Shown here in pieces: positions 50,901 to 64,000 of a stretch of DNA of 64,000 bases; position 1 is the first letter of the stretch; each line of letters begins with the position of its first letter. The notes below the pieces were generated by a model. The model saw only the letters and a list, made by a program, of their open reading frames with translations. It ran no database searches and was not told the DNA's origin. The DNA is taken from positions 253,022,001-253,086,000 of the forward strand of contig OZ024741.1 in the NCBI GenBank assembly GCA_964016885.1, given 5' to 3'. Origin of the DNA: Eledone cirrhosa (Eukaryota). Both the position numbers and the translations under genes were made by a program.

Positions 50901-53513
50901 TACGAGAACCTGACCTACAATACAGACAGACACTGAAGTAAATTGTATGGTCAACTACCAAAACCTGACCTAGAATACAGACAGACACTGAAGTAAATTG
51001 TATGGTCACCTACCAAAACCTGACCTAGAATACAGACAGACACTGAAGTAAATTGTATGGTCAACTACCAGAACCTGACCTACAATACAGACAGACACTG
51101 AAGTAAATTGTATGGTCAACTAGCAGAACCTGACATAGAATACAGACAGACACTGAAGTAAATTGTATGGTCAACTACTAGAACCTGACATAGAATACAG
51201 ACAGACACTGAAGTAAATTGTATGGTCAACTAGCAGAACCTGACAAAGAATACAGACAGACACTGAAGTAAATTGTATGGTCAACTACTAGAACCTGACA
51301 TAGAATACAGACAGACACTGAAGTAAATTGTATGGTCAACTACCAGAACCTGACCTAGAATACAGACAGACACTGAAGTAAATTGTATGGTCAACTAGCA
51401 GAACCTGACCTACAATACAGACAGACACTGAAGTAAATTGTATGGTCAACTACTAGAACCTGACCTAGAATACAGACAGACACTGAAGTAAATTGTATGG
51501 TCAACTACCAAAACCTGACCTAGAATACAGACAGACACTGAAGTAAATTGTATGGTCAACTACCAGAACCTGACCTACAATACAGACAGACACTGAAGTA
51601 AATTGTATGGTCAACTACCAGAATCTGACCTAGAATACAGACAGACACTGAAGTAAATTGTATGGTCAACTAGCAGAACCTGACCTACAATACAGACAGA
51701 CACTGAAGTAAATTGTATGGTCAACTACTAGAACCTGACCTAGAATACAGACAGACACTGAAGTAAATTGTATGGTCAACTACCAAAACCTGACCTAGAA
51801 TACAGACAGACACTGAAGTAAATTGTATGGTCAACTACCAGAACCTGACCTACAATACAGACAGACACTGAAGTAAATTGTATGGTCAACTACCAGAACC
51901 TGACCTAGAATACAGACAGACACTGAAGTAAATTGTATGGTCAACTACCAAAACCTGACCTAGAATACAGACAGACACTGAAGTAAATTGTATGGTCAAC
52001 TAGCAGAACCTGATCTAGAATACAGACAGACACTGAAGTAAATTGTATGGTCAACTACCAGAACCTGACCTAGAATACAGACAGACACTGAAATAAATTG
52101 TATGGTCAACTACCAGAACCTGACCTAGAATACAGACAGACACTGAAGTAAATTGTATGGTCAACTACCAAAACCTGACCTAGAATACAGACAGACACTG
52201 AAGTAAATTGTATGGTCAACTAGCAGAACCTGACCTACAATACAGACAGACACTGAAGTAAATTGTATGGTCAACTACTAGAACCTGACCTAGAATACAG
52301 ACAGACACTGAAGTAAATTGTATGGTCAACTACCAAAACCGGACCTAGAATACAGACAGACACTGAAGTAAATTGTATGGTCAACTACCAGAACCTGACA
52401 TAGAATACAGACAGACACTGAAGTAAATTGTATGGTCAACTACCAGAACCTGACCTAGAATACAGACAGACACTGAAGTAAATTGTATGGTCAACTAGCA
52501 GAACCTGACCTACAATACAGACAGACACTGAAGTAAATTGTATGGTCAACTACCAGAACCTGACCTAGAATACAGACAGACACTGAAGTAAATTGTATGG
52601 TCAACTACCAAAACCTGACCTAGAATACAGACAGACACTGAAGTAAATTGTATGGTCAACTAGCAGAACCTGATCTAGAATACAGACAGACACTGAAGTA
52701 AATTGTATGGTCAACTACCAGAACCTGACCTAGAATACAGACAGACACTGAAATAAATTGTATGGTCAACTACCAGAACCTGACCTAGAATACAGACAGA
52801 CACTGAAGTAAATTGTATGGTCAACTACCAAAACCTGACCTAGAATACAGACAGACACTGAAGTAAATTGTATGGTCAACTAGCAGAACCTGACCTACAA
52901 TACAGACAGACACTGAAGTAAATTGTATGGTCAACTACTAGAACCTGACCTAGAATACAGACAGACACTGAAGTAAATTGTATGGTCAACTACCAAAACC
53001 TGACCTAGAATACAGACAGACACTGAAGTAAATTGTATGGTCAACTACCAGAACCTGACCTACAATACAGACAGACACTGAAGTAAATTGTATGGTCAAC
53101 TAGCAGAACCTGATCTAGAATACAGACAGACACTGAAGTAAATTGTATGGTCAACTACCAGAACCTGACCTAGAATACAGACAGACACTGAAGTAAATTG
53201 TATGGTCAACTAGCAGAACCTGATCTAGAATACAGACAGACACTGAAGTAAATTGTATGGTCAACTACCAGAACCTGACCTAGAATACAGACAGACACTG
53301 AAGTAAATTGTATGGTCAACTAGCAGAACCTGACCTAGAATACAGACAGACACTGAAGTAAATTGTATGGTCAACTACCAGAACCTGATCTAGAATACAG
53401 ACAGACACTGAAGTAAATTGTATGGTCAACTACCAGAACCTGATCTAGAATACAGACAGACACTGAAGTAAATTGTATGGTCAACTACCAGAACCTGATC
53501 TAGAATACAGACA
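41942..53513. repeat. Satellite array, 55-bp monomer, about 210 copies
   Basis: Monomer tacagacagacactgaagtaaattgtatggtcaactaccagaacctgacctagaa with a strict 55-bp period. The ORF track lists nothing here. Confidence 0.97.
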
Positions 53514-53960
53514 CATCATCATCATCATCATCAACTTTTTATGTCCGTTCTTCCACGCTAGCATGGGTTAGACGGGTTGTCCTGTTGTGGTAAGTGTCCG
53601 GTCGGCTGACCTTGTCTTGCTCATATGGGAACTGATTCTGGCTTGATTTCTACAGCTGGATGCCCTTCCTAACACCAACCTCATTTACAGTGAGTGCTGG
53701 GTGCTTTTTTTCCATGGCGCCTACATGTCCACTTTACTGTGTGGGCTGGGTGCCATTTTGCCATGGCACCTCCACGACCACTTTACAGTGAAATCATAGG
53801 GACCCTCTCCTATCATCTCATTTCTAGAGCTGAGTAAACTGCAGCAATGTGAAATAAAGTGTCTTGCTCAAGGAAACAACACGTCACCCTGTCTGAGAAT
53901 TGAACTCACAACCTTTTGATTGCAAGCCCAATGCTCTAACTACTAAGCCATGCGCCTTCA
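53514..53960 (-). mobile_element. tRNA/CORE-like SINE, tail type A, abutting the end of the satellite
   Basis: Matches 3631-4066. Confidence 0.85.
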
Positions 53961-53991
53961 TTATATACAAGCAGGGAAAAGCGGATGTAAA

Positions 53992-54361
<370 letters not shown>

Positions 54362-54363
<2 letters not shown>

Positions 54364-55072
54364 ACTGGAAGCTTAGTAAAATCAAAGCTTAGGATGTGAC
54401 CAAGCAAAGTCGACCTACAATAAGGAATGAGTAGCAAAGCACTCAATAAGGGTAGGTCCTTAAAGTAATAACATTACGTTTAAATAGCTTGACAAATTGA
54501 AAATTGCGGTAGGCAAAACCCAACCATACAATACCAGAGTAACGAAAGAACTAATCAGGTTAAAACAACAGACCTGGACAGATCGAACGATATTCTGCAA
54601 TACGTCCGATATATTTCTATGAATCCAAAATCATCTATGGAACTTACGTAGCACGTAAGCTTGTGGTATTCCATGATCGAACAGGAGATTCATTTCATCA
54701 ACAGGCATTCCGTTCTATTGCCTCAAACTGGTGTGAACAAACTAAATGCGACCGCAAAATAGACAGCCTTCAAACATTTCGTTGTCATGTGTTATTTCCA
54801 ACAAGGGAAGCAACCCCCGGCTTTTGGCGGGTAAATTCAAAGTGTTCACAAAGGAAAAAATATTTCGAATAAAAGCTCTCAACCAGACGTTATTAAACAA
54901 ACACAAATAATTAACCAATCAACAGAATTGTCTAATTAAATTAATTAGTTAATTAAGTCTAGGAGAAAATAATACAAATGAAAGCTTAGTAAAATCGAAG
55001 CTTAGGCTGTGGCCAAGCAAAGTCGACCTACAATAAGGAATGAGTAGCAAAGCACTCAATAAGGGTAGGTCT
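54362..55072. mobile_element. Unclassified element with ~90-bp terminal direct repeats between (TA)n and (GA)n
   Basis: aagcttagtaaaatc..gacctacaataaggaatgagtagcaaagcactcaataagggtaggtc at 54369-54458 and 54982-55070. Confidence 0.7.
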
Positions 55073-55096
55073 TGAGAGAAAGAGGGAGAGAGAGAG

Positions 55097-55178
<82 letters not shown>

Positions 55179-56436
55179 TGTAGTTTCATTGCTTTATAAA
55201 ATTGCAAAATAAAATAGCTTCCATCACAATACTTTTAAAAAAATGACCAATACTTAACAAAGTAAAAAATTTTTATTTTCCAAATAAATGTCTATTTATA
55301 AATTAATGTTATATATGAAAATGGTCACTATTGGTAACAAGATAAGATTCCAATCAACTTATTACACTTCTGCAGAATTTCTTGAAAAGATTAATGTCAA
55401 AATGTTTGACTTCGTATGATATATTTTCATGGAATTCGTGCAATGTATTATAGGAATAATTGTAAACTACGTTCTTAAGTTAGACCAAAAAAAGTTTGAC
55501 TAGAATAGAAAGATCTAAAGATTTTGTTGTAGAGGCATAGCAAGAATTATCTTGTGTCAGAATGCAAAGATACTTTTGGTATTCCCAGCTTAATTCTTAA
55601 CATCCTACATCACATGAAACCACATTAGCAAGACATTCTTGAAAGTACAAAATAACACAATGACTGCAGCACATTAAACATTAAAGTCTTTACTTTTGTT
55701 TACCTTAAATTTTCACAATGTTCTGTCAAATAGTAAAGATACTAAAAACATTTGATTTAACAAGCCTACTTTTAGATATTTTCGACTAAATCATAACATG
55801 ATGTTAAATTTAATTAACAGGTTGCATAGCCCAGAGGAAATTTTGATTCCCTTCACACCTAAATTATAACTTCTTGGCCATTTTAGACCCTCATATCTAC
55901 TAATGACTATTTTGTACTTACAATTTTATCAAACCAAATCCTGACATTAGCTGAATAATCTGGAGGAGCAATGTCTTGCTAAATGTAAAAAATTTAATAG
56001 TCATTGATTCTTATAAAATCTGACCATAAAAATTATTGAAGCATGTTTAAATAATGTGTTGCATTATAGATATCATTAACTCTTAACATCCTGTAATGAT
56101 TTAGCTAAAAATATCTAAAAATGAGATCGTTAATTCAGTTGTTTATAGTATCTTAACTAGATCATTGTAAAAATTATTAGTGTTAGATTAAAGACTTGGA
56201 TTTTTAATGTAATGTAGTCATAGTACTGTTTTGTACTTTTTAAGAATATTTTGCTAATGTGTTAATAAATAAAGTACCTCCTCTATGCATTCCTGCCCAA
56301 ACAATAACACTAGAAGAAGATATTTTTTGGTTACAATGATCATCTGGGCTTTGTATGGCTTACACAGTAAAGGATATTGTGTTTGTTTACAGATCCACCC
56401 AGTTTGATGTGGATATATGTAAGAAGTTTAACCATT

Positions 56437-56638
56437 ATAAAGGTTGGCTGAAAAGTTCATAGGCTGACCAAGATATTCTCATGGAATGACCAAATGATGT
56501 TTATTTTTTAATATAGTCCCTGGAAAAAAATAATGCAGTTATTAATAAAAAGAGTTGAAATTAATGCATGCAAGATTTCACAGTTCTAGCATCAATCTTT
56601 CAAAGTCAACCTATGAACTTTTCAGCTGACCCTCGTAG
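56437..56638. mobile_element. Tc1/mariner-type MITE
   Basis: TIRs aggttggctgaaaagttcataggctgac / gtcaacctatgaacttttcagctgaccctcgta with TA flanks. Confidence 0.75.
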
Positions 56639-57115
56639 TGTGTTCCATAGGTTAGCTTACCTATAATCAAAGCATTCCAGCCATGACCATCCTAATATGA
56701 ATGTTGCTTCATCTGACAATTCAATATGATAAAACACATTTTCTTCATTTGCATTCAATGCATTCATCATTTTGTACAACTCAGAAAACAAGAAAACCTA
56801 TAAATATCATCATTATTGATGCAAGCCAATAAGAAAGCTCTATATGGTTGCTCAACCTACTGGAAAGAGCAGACAAATTTTCTCAAATCACACCTTTCTG
56901 TCTGAAAAAAAAATGAAAGAACACATTATTTAATATAATCCTAGATGCCCATAACATAGACAGGATGATCAAAGTTGGAACATCTTGGATTATAAGTCTG
57001 TTTAACTATTTACATCCTGTAATGATTTTGCAGAAAATATCCTAAAATAGATTTGTTAATTCAAATGTTTATAGTAACTTTATTAATGAACAGCTTGGTG
57101 TGAATATATTCAGTC

Positions 57116-57329
57116 CTAACCCTTACTATTGTATTTTTGCAGTAAAGGCTTTATCTCACATAATTATCTCACATAATATCAAAACTAAAAGATTTTGATG
57201 ATGTTATTATTATTCATTTTAAGAACAATACCTTAACATTGATATAAGCAGCCAGTTATGGCCGGTTTGAACAAAAAGAGGTGAGAGAATTCTGGCCAGA
57301 TATGGCTGATTTAAATGCTAAAGGGTTAA
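57116..57329. mobile_element. piggyBac-like MITE (family of 2838)
   Basis: Ends taaatgctaaagggttaa. Confidence 0.7.
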
Positions 57330-58421
57330 AGCAAAGTCGTTACTATTTAATGATGTGTGCATTGTTGTTAACTAACTTTTATCCTCCTGTAATGATTTAG
57401 TAGAAAATATTTGCAGTATTATAGTAAAGACTTTCATATTTGATGTGTTGCAACCAAATTGTTTTATAATTTTCAAGAATATCTTGCTAATGTTATTCAT
57501 GTGGTTTGTTTCATTCAAATGTTTATAGTATCTTTACTAATGAACAGATTGTTGTGAGACAATTTTCACTATTAAAGCAAAGACATTAATTTTTAATGTG
57601 ATGTTGTCATAGTTCTGTTTTGTATTCTTCACGAATGCTTTGCTAATGCTATTTCATGTGGTACAAGATGTTAAGAGTTAATGAAGGCTGACTTAGGGCT
57701 ATATAACAACAACAATGTCTTCATTGAGATATTACATAAGACTTGGTGTGCAATGTTTCATTTTAACAGAGTTTATAATATTTCGAATTGGTATATGCTT
57801 AATACCCAATTCCAATGTTGTTCCATTAGAAGACATTTGAAGAACATCATTAATAAAATTCTTCACTTCCCCAGTTTCTGATTTACTTCATCTGAGATGG
57901 AAATACATTTATCACATTATGAAACCCAATCTAATGTATGTAACGACCTATAACTCCTAATTGAGTCATGGGAGCTTTGTAGAGAAGTGTGACTTGGGCA
58001 CTTTAAATCTGTCAGAATCCATCCCCTCTTCAGGTCTGAACCCAATCAATTTCTTACACAGAGAGAGAGAGAAAGAAAGAGAGAACGATATAGAAAAAGA
58101 ATCAACTGTAGTTCTGGACTGGTACTCATCATTTTCTCGACCTCAAAAAGATGAAAGGCAGAGTTGATCTCGATGGGTTTTGAACTCAAAGCACAGAAAA
58201 CCAGAACAAATGCTTCAAAACATTCTGTCTGATGTTCTAACAACTCCGCCAATTCACTGCATACATAATCTGATACAATTTCACCATATTTGTTGGTCTA
58301 GATCAAATATGATAAACTTTTTGTAATGGCTTATCTTTCAACTGTTTTTGCTTTTTAGTTTTGCCAGCTGCCACCAACAGTTTGATCAGTTCAGGTTCTG
58401 GTAGTTAAGCATATGATTTGC

Positions 58422-58975
58422 TGTTAGAGCATTGGGCTTGCAATCGAAAGGCACCCAGCACTCACTGTAAATGAGGTTGGTGTTAGGAAGGGCATCCAGC
58501 TGTAGAAATCAAGCCAAAATCAGTTCCCGTCCCACCCTTGCAAGCAGGGAAAAGCGGACGTAAAATAATAATGATGATGATGTATATACACACATATATA
58601 TATATATTTATATATATATATATATATCATCATCATCATCATCATTTCATTTTACGTCAGCTTTTTCCCTACTTGCAAGGGTGGGACGGAAACTGATTCT
58701 GGCTTGATTTCTACAGCTGGATGCCCTTCCTAACACCAACTTCATTTACAGTGAGTGCTGGGTGCTTTTTTGCAGTGGCACCTCCACGACCACTTTGCAG
58801 TGGAATGATATGGACCCCAGTCCCTATCATCTCATTTCTACAGCTGAGTAAACTGGAGCAATGTGAAATAAAGTGTCTTGCTCAAGGAAACAACACATCA
58901 CCCGGTCTGAGAATTGAACTCACAACTTTTCGATTGCAAGGCCAATGCTCTAACCACTAAGCCATGTGCCTCCAT
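58422..58975. mobile_element. Tail-to-tail SINE pair, tail type B: an internally deleted + copy (58422-58581) and a full - copy (58626-58975)
   Basis: The head gttagagcattgggcttgcaatcgaaag is fused directly to gcacccagcactc. The minus copy matches 6980-7319. Confidence 0.8.
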
Positions 58976-58998
58976 ATATATGTATATATGTATATATG

Positions 58999-59076
<78 letters not shown>

Positions 59077-59084
59077 CACACACA

Positions 59085-60134
59085 CACATGTGGCCGGTGC
59101 TCTGGTGCAATAAGTAGCAGCAAGTGCCCACAGAATACTAACTCTTTCAATTGCGCAGATGGTTCTATAGAAATAGTGGACAGCTTCCGTTACCTGGGTG
59201 ACAAAATCAGCAGTGGGGGAGGGTGCTCTGAAAGTACAGTAGCTAGAGTCAGAACTGGATGGAAAAAGTTCAGAGAGCTTATACCACTATTAGCCACTAA
59301 AGGGCTCTCCCTAAAAATGAAAGGCAGGTTATACGATGCCTGCATACGAACAGTAATGTTGCATGGCAGTGAGACATGGGCATTGTGTGCAGAGGATATA
59401 CGCAGACTAGAGAGGAACGAAGCTTGCATGCTCCACTGGATGTGTAATAGTAATATACGCGAACGGCAAAGCATAAACGAACTAAGGAAAAAATTAGAAA
59501 TAAGAGGGATCAGATGTTGTTTACTCGAGAGAAGGCTACGTTGGTATGGTCACGTGATGCGCATGAAAGACGACAGCTGTATAACAAAGTGCAGGCCAAT
59601 AAAGATAGATGGTAGCCACGGAGTAGGCAGACCCAGGAAAACCTGGGACGAGCTGATAAATTCCGACCTCACACACTTACCCCTCTCCAAGACAATGTCA
59701 CTGGACCGAGACCTTTGGCGGTACTCAGTAACAGAGAAGACCCGCCTTACCTAAATACAAAGTAAAACCTACTAGTCAGTAGGCATCTCTAACAAAATAC
59801 ACCCCCGTCCCACCCCATCCACACCGCCCCCTTCAATGCAAAGTTATGTTGGTGCCACAACATCCAGGCCGAAACAAATGAGATCGTGTAGGTGTCACGA
59901 CAAAAAACACACAGTCCACGCTGTAATGTGGCCGTGTAGGCAACATGGTAAAAAACCTCCCAGTCCCACACTGTAAATGTGGTTGGTGTTAGGAAGGGCA
60001 TCCAGCTGTAGAAAACCCGCCAGACAGTCCTATGCGAGCAAGACAACCACTCTTGCCTCAAGTGAAAAAACCCCCGTCCAAACCCATGCAAGCGTGGAAC
60101 AGGGACGTTAAACGATGATGATGATGATGATGAC
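59085..60134 (+). mobile_element. 5'-truncated RTE LINE of the same family as 39568-41668
   Basis: [17 protein letters not shown] is near-identical to the end of ORF 39973, with the same 3' UTR. Confidence 0.93.
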
Positions 60135-60445
60135 ATATATATATATATACATGTATATATGTACATGTATATATAAATATATATATATGTGTGTATATAA
60201 ATATATATATATTTATATATGAGTCACGTAGGATTCAAAATCCTCCTTTCTTCTATTTTTATGTATTTATCAGATTTCCATAATATATCTACTATAGTAA
60301 TAGTAATTGGTGTTCCTGTCGATATTGTTCTTGTTGTCATTGGAGTTGTTGATGTTATTGTTGCTGTAGTTGTTATAAGTCGTTAAAACAACTTGCATGA
60401 ATTCTTCACTGATAAGAATACATTTTCTAAAGTATATTCTCTGTG

Positions 60446-60480
<35 letters not shown>

Positions 60481-60697
60481 TGCGTGTTGTGTGTGTGCAT
60501 GTGCATGCATGCAAGTGTGTATATACACACACACACATATATATATATATATACATACCACACAATCATACTCCCTCATGACCACCTCGCTTTATCTGGT
60601 AATGATGTTGTGATCCTCAGTCACACCTATTCTCAGAATGAGAAAACCGTTCCAATTCATTCCAGCATAGAAAACAGACAGAAAAGTGATGTTGTTG

Positions 60698-60743
<46 letters not shown>

Positions 60744-60762
60744 CACACACACATACACACAT

Positions 60763-60834
<72 letters not shown>

Positions 60835-63344
60835 TAAAATAACAGATTTAAGTTTAAGCAAAGAATCGCTGCTTTCACCCTTAGCGGGATCTTCTGAAAC
60901 TAACAAAGTCAATCTGTAAACGCAGAAGTGGATATTTCAAAAAACATTGGAACCGGAGGATGACAGGAAGACGATACTTTGGTTCGTGGTAACGTTCGCT
61001 GGCAAAGAACGGGAAAAAACGAATATAATACGTCATTAATAGGAGCGGTGAAAAACAATTACGCGCGAAGATTGAACCATGTTTATGGTATAAAAGAGGT
61101 CGTAAACTAATGTTCTCTTAGGTGGTTCATAGAGACGTTCTCTGGCAATGAACGAAAAAAGACGAAGATAATACGTCATATGTGGAGCGTGGGGAACAAT
61201 AGCACGCAAAGACAAAACCACGTAAATGGTATAGCAGAAGTCGTAGACTAAATTCTAACTAGGAGACCGAATGAATCTCCGCTACAGAGTTAAGAACAAA
61301 GTAAATAAATACAATACAGAAGTAATAGAAATAAATAAATACATACACGCAAACAAAAACGTACATACACAAGCATTCGCAAAAACTTACCATAGGTAAA
61401 CAAAACCACGCACATATAAATATGTGTGTGTAAGCGTGTATATAAATAAATAAATAATTATATAAACGTATATAAATAAATAAATACGTATATAACAAGC
61501 GCACACACATACCTACATGTAAATACACGAATGTTCGGAGACGTAAGTCAACCAAAACATGAAGTACACATATACACACGCCCTACATACGTACGAACCT
61601 GCATACTCACACAGACGCAAAACTCCCGTATACACATAGCCGAACCATATGTACCAGAATATATAAAAAAATTATACGCCATAACAATCAAATATACGTA
61701 CGAGAAGGTATACGTACCTTCACAAAACATACGGAAAATATATACTTACCTATGCAAATAAGTAAAGGTATAAACAAAACATATACTTAGCTCCCACATC
61801 GAGACGTAAAATATCCACGTATAGATCGTACTATCCGTTAGGGTATAACGTGGGGCTGTAATACAGGAAAGTTTTGTGCAATTTATATTTACAAGCCGAA
61901 ATTGCCTCAGATTTTTTGTTTAAGATGTGGTCTGTGGCGTAGAGTATTTCCAGGGCCTCAGCGGCGCAGAGGTCACATGGTCTTTTATTTCCGTTATACG
62001 ATCTAGCCCTAGATAGGATCTCCCAGTGTAACTTAAATTGGGTGTTTTTGTCTTTTAGACTCCAGATATAAGCTGAAAGTGACGTCATATTCCTTCTTAG
62101 AGGGTAACGAAAAGAATGGGTATGCATGTAAAGACGCTGCTTGAATCTATTGGCAGTTAACCCTATGTAGGCCCTACGGGACGTGGGTGTTACAACCTTA
62201 CATTTGTAGACAATGTTATTAGAGAGGCATTTCCCGGATAGGGGGCAATCAACCCGATTCCTACAATTACAGTTAGTACTAACTACAGGGTTGGAATGCT
62301 TACTTATGTAATTAAGCGTATCATTCGGCTTTCTATACGGGTAATACAACCCATTCAATAAGTTCAGGGTAACGTCGAGGTAATTAACGACCGAGAGATT
62401 GGCCTCAACCTGTATAGAGAGGTTGAAGCCTTTAAAGAAGACTGTGAGTTATTTTCTGAACCTGTCGCAAGCACGTGGGCCGCACTTAGTCATGGTCAAA
62501 AGACCATCGTCACGGTACAAACCACCGCCTGCGTTGGGGAATTCATCCTCGATAGAGAAAAGAAGGAAAAGGCCGATAAGATCAGTAACCTCCGCAGAAT
62601 CACTGGCGCCCATACTCACGTCGAATGGGGTGCTATTGGATTTTTTAATCCAAATAGAGTCGTCGAAATTAATCACCGACTTTCGGGCATTGAGGATGAC
62701 ATCAACTTCGAAATCCTTAACCACTGTGAGTGTTTTAGCGAAATTGATAGCTCTAAGGAGAAGTGGTAAAGTGATGGAGGAGTAGTAATTGTTGATGTCG
62801 AATTGGATAAAACGGCAATGTTCCTTGTTACATATGCCGTTGAACCAATCAATCACCGCGAAGGAATTGTACCACAGTGCAAGAGGGGCCAAACTTCTAA
62901 TTTCAGGTATAATTCTATCAAGAATCGTTTTACTAAGTCTACCTAAATCGAACTTCGTAGGGTTAATAAGCCGAATAGAGGGGTTGTTCGGAAAGTTGGA
63001 TTTGTGATTCTTCAGGGTAAAGTGGGGAGAAATAGGGTCCAGAGGTTCGGTCCGGTCCAGGATGTTGAGATCAGAGGTGATTTTAAACCCAGCATCGTTG
63101 ATTTCATTGATGACGCACCGATTAGTTTTACGGTAATCCTTAGTTACAGCATTATGTAGTAGTTGATGGTAAGTACTGCACTCCACTTGATATAGGTTGC
63201 CAGTTTTATCGGAATGGACGTGCACGGCATTAGAATCCTTAATAGAACGAATTCTATTCTTCAGGTCTTCGGTTCTTATATATTTGATATATATTTATCC
63301 TTATCGAGCCCTCTTTGGATTTTAGTCTTCAAATTTATTATTAT

Positions 63345-63345
<1 letters not shown>
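60835..63345 (-). mobile_element. Penelope-like element: RT, C-terminal GIY-YIG and ~1 kb 3' region; frameshifted with an internal deletion; (TA)n on both sides
   Basis: ORF 62449..63225 (FIQFDINNYYSSI, MGASDSAEV, YRDDGL) and ORF 61831..62358 (NCNCR..CPL..CL, IVY..YIGLT..FKQR, CDLC..E). Confidence 0.92.
61831..63290 (-). pseudogene. Penelope RT-GIY-YIG ORF, disrupted
   Basis: Frame break near 62450; HSN is joined directly to the Cys linker, so the thumb region is missing. Confidence 0.8.
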
Positions 63346-63408
<63 letters not shown>

Positions 63409-64000
63409 TGTAAATGATAATCAAAGAGCATTTAATCTTTCAAACATTTAATCACTGAAGATTGTTTCATCCTAGCATAAGGTCAGACCCATCAGAGTTA
63501 ATAACAATAGTCAAACACAAATATGAAATCAAAACTTTATCACAAGAACATTAGGAGGATATTCAACTATGTGGTGCTTTAGATGATGAGTCTTGAGTGG
63601 CTAATTGATAATACTTCCATCTATATTGGATTTTTTACTTTGATGATTGTATTTATTTACTCAACATTACATTAGCTCCTTTGGACGTTTTGAAAAATAA
63701 TTATCCTTATGACTGAATTATGTAATCAAACTTATAGTCTTGCACCTGTCTGTAATCTCTCGCTATGCTACGTGTGCATCTAAACTTTTTAAAATATATT
63801 TTTAAATATATTTTTTTTTATATTTTTGGAGATGTATTTTTAAATTTATATTTGAATTGCATACTTTCTCTTATTAACTTTATTAACTTTCTTAACTATC
63901 TATGGTATATGTTTTTCACTGTCCTTAATTTATCTGTAACAGCATGTTTTTTTAATTTTTAAAATTTTTTATTGCTTTTATCTGCTTTTATTGCTTGTAA

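Larger units (their letters stand above)
55590..57681. mobile_element. Old TTAA-flanked TIR element with repeated subterminal blocks and nested MITEs
   Basis: ttaattcttaacatcctacatcacatgaaa / tttcatgtggtacaagatgttaagagttaa. Internal catcctgtaatgattt-like blocks at 56087, 57014 and 57381. Confidence 0.5.

Noticed and set aside
41942-53513. CRISPR-like array or coding repeat
   Set aside because: There are no unique spacers and no cas genes, the context is eukaryotic, and the ORF track lists nothing here.
54663-54872. 69-aa ORF in the direct-repeat cassette
   Set aside because: It is short, has a GTG start and has no recognisable domain.
60842-60920. Hammerhead at the Penelope 3' end
   Set aside because: The plus strand has stem I and GAAAC..GTC but no CTGANGA. 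The minus strand has CAGAAGA..GAAAG without stem III.
63450-63502. Minus-strand hammerhead-like CTGATGG..GAAAC
   Set aside because: The core has a mismatch and the stems are weak.

Overview
AT-rich, microsatellite-dense animal DNA, probably intronic or intergenic. The SINE and RTE families resemble those of a coleoid cephalopod such as Octopus (inference). No host protein-coding gene can be called; there is one weak candidate exon near 22.9 kb. The window is a mosaic of mobile DNA: RTE-clade LINEs (one with an open 5' ORF running off the left edge), tRNA-derived SINEs that share RTE 3' ends, Penelope-like elements (RT plus GIY-YIG), a non-autonomous Helitron whose empty site is visible in the window, MITEs, and an ~11.6 kb array of a 55-bp satellite with higher-order structure. 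The most striking signal not explained by the ORF track is a set of minimal type I hammerhead ribozyme motifs from at least six unrelated sequence families. They sit in Penelope-type inverted (fold-back) repeats next to (TA)n tracts, and several palindromes are centred on a ribozyme hairpin, duplicating only the 3' half of the catalytic core. A second signal is tandem, covarying H-type pseudoknot modules in the 3' UTR shared by RTE LINEs and SINEs. All structures were read by eye and none was computed.
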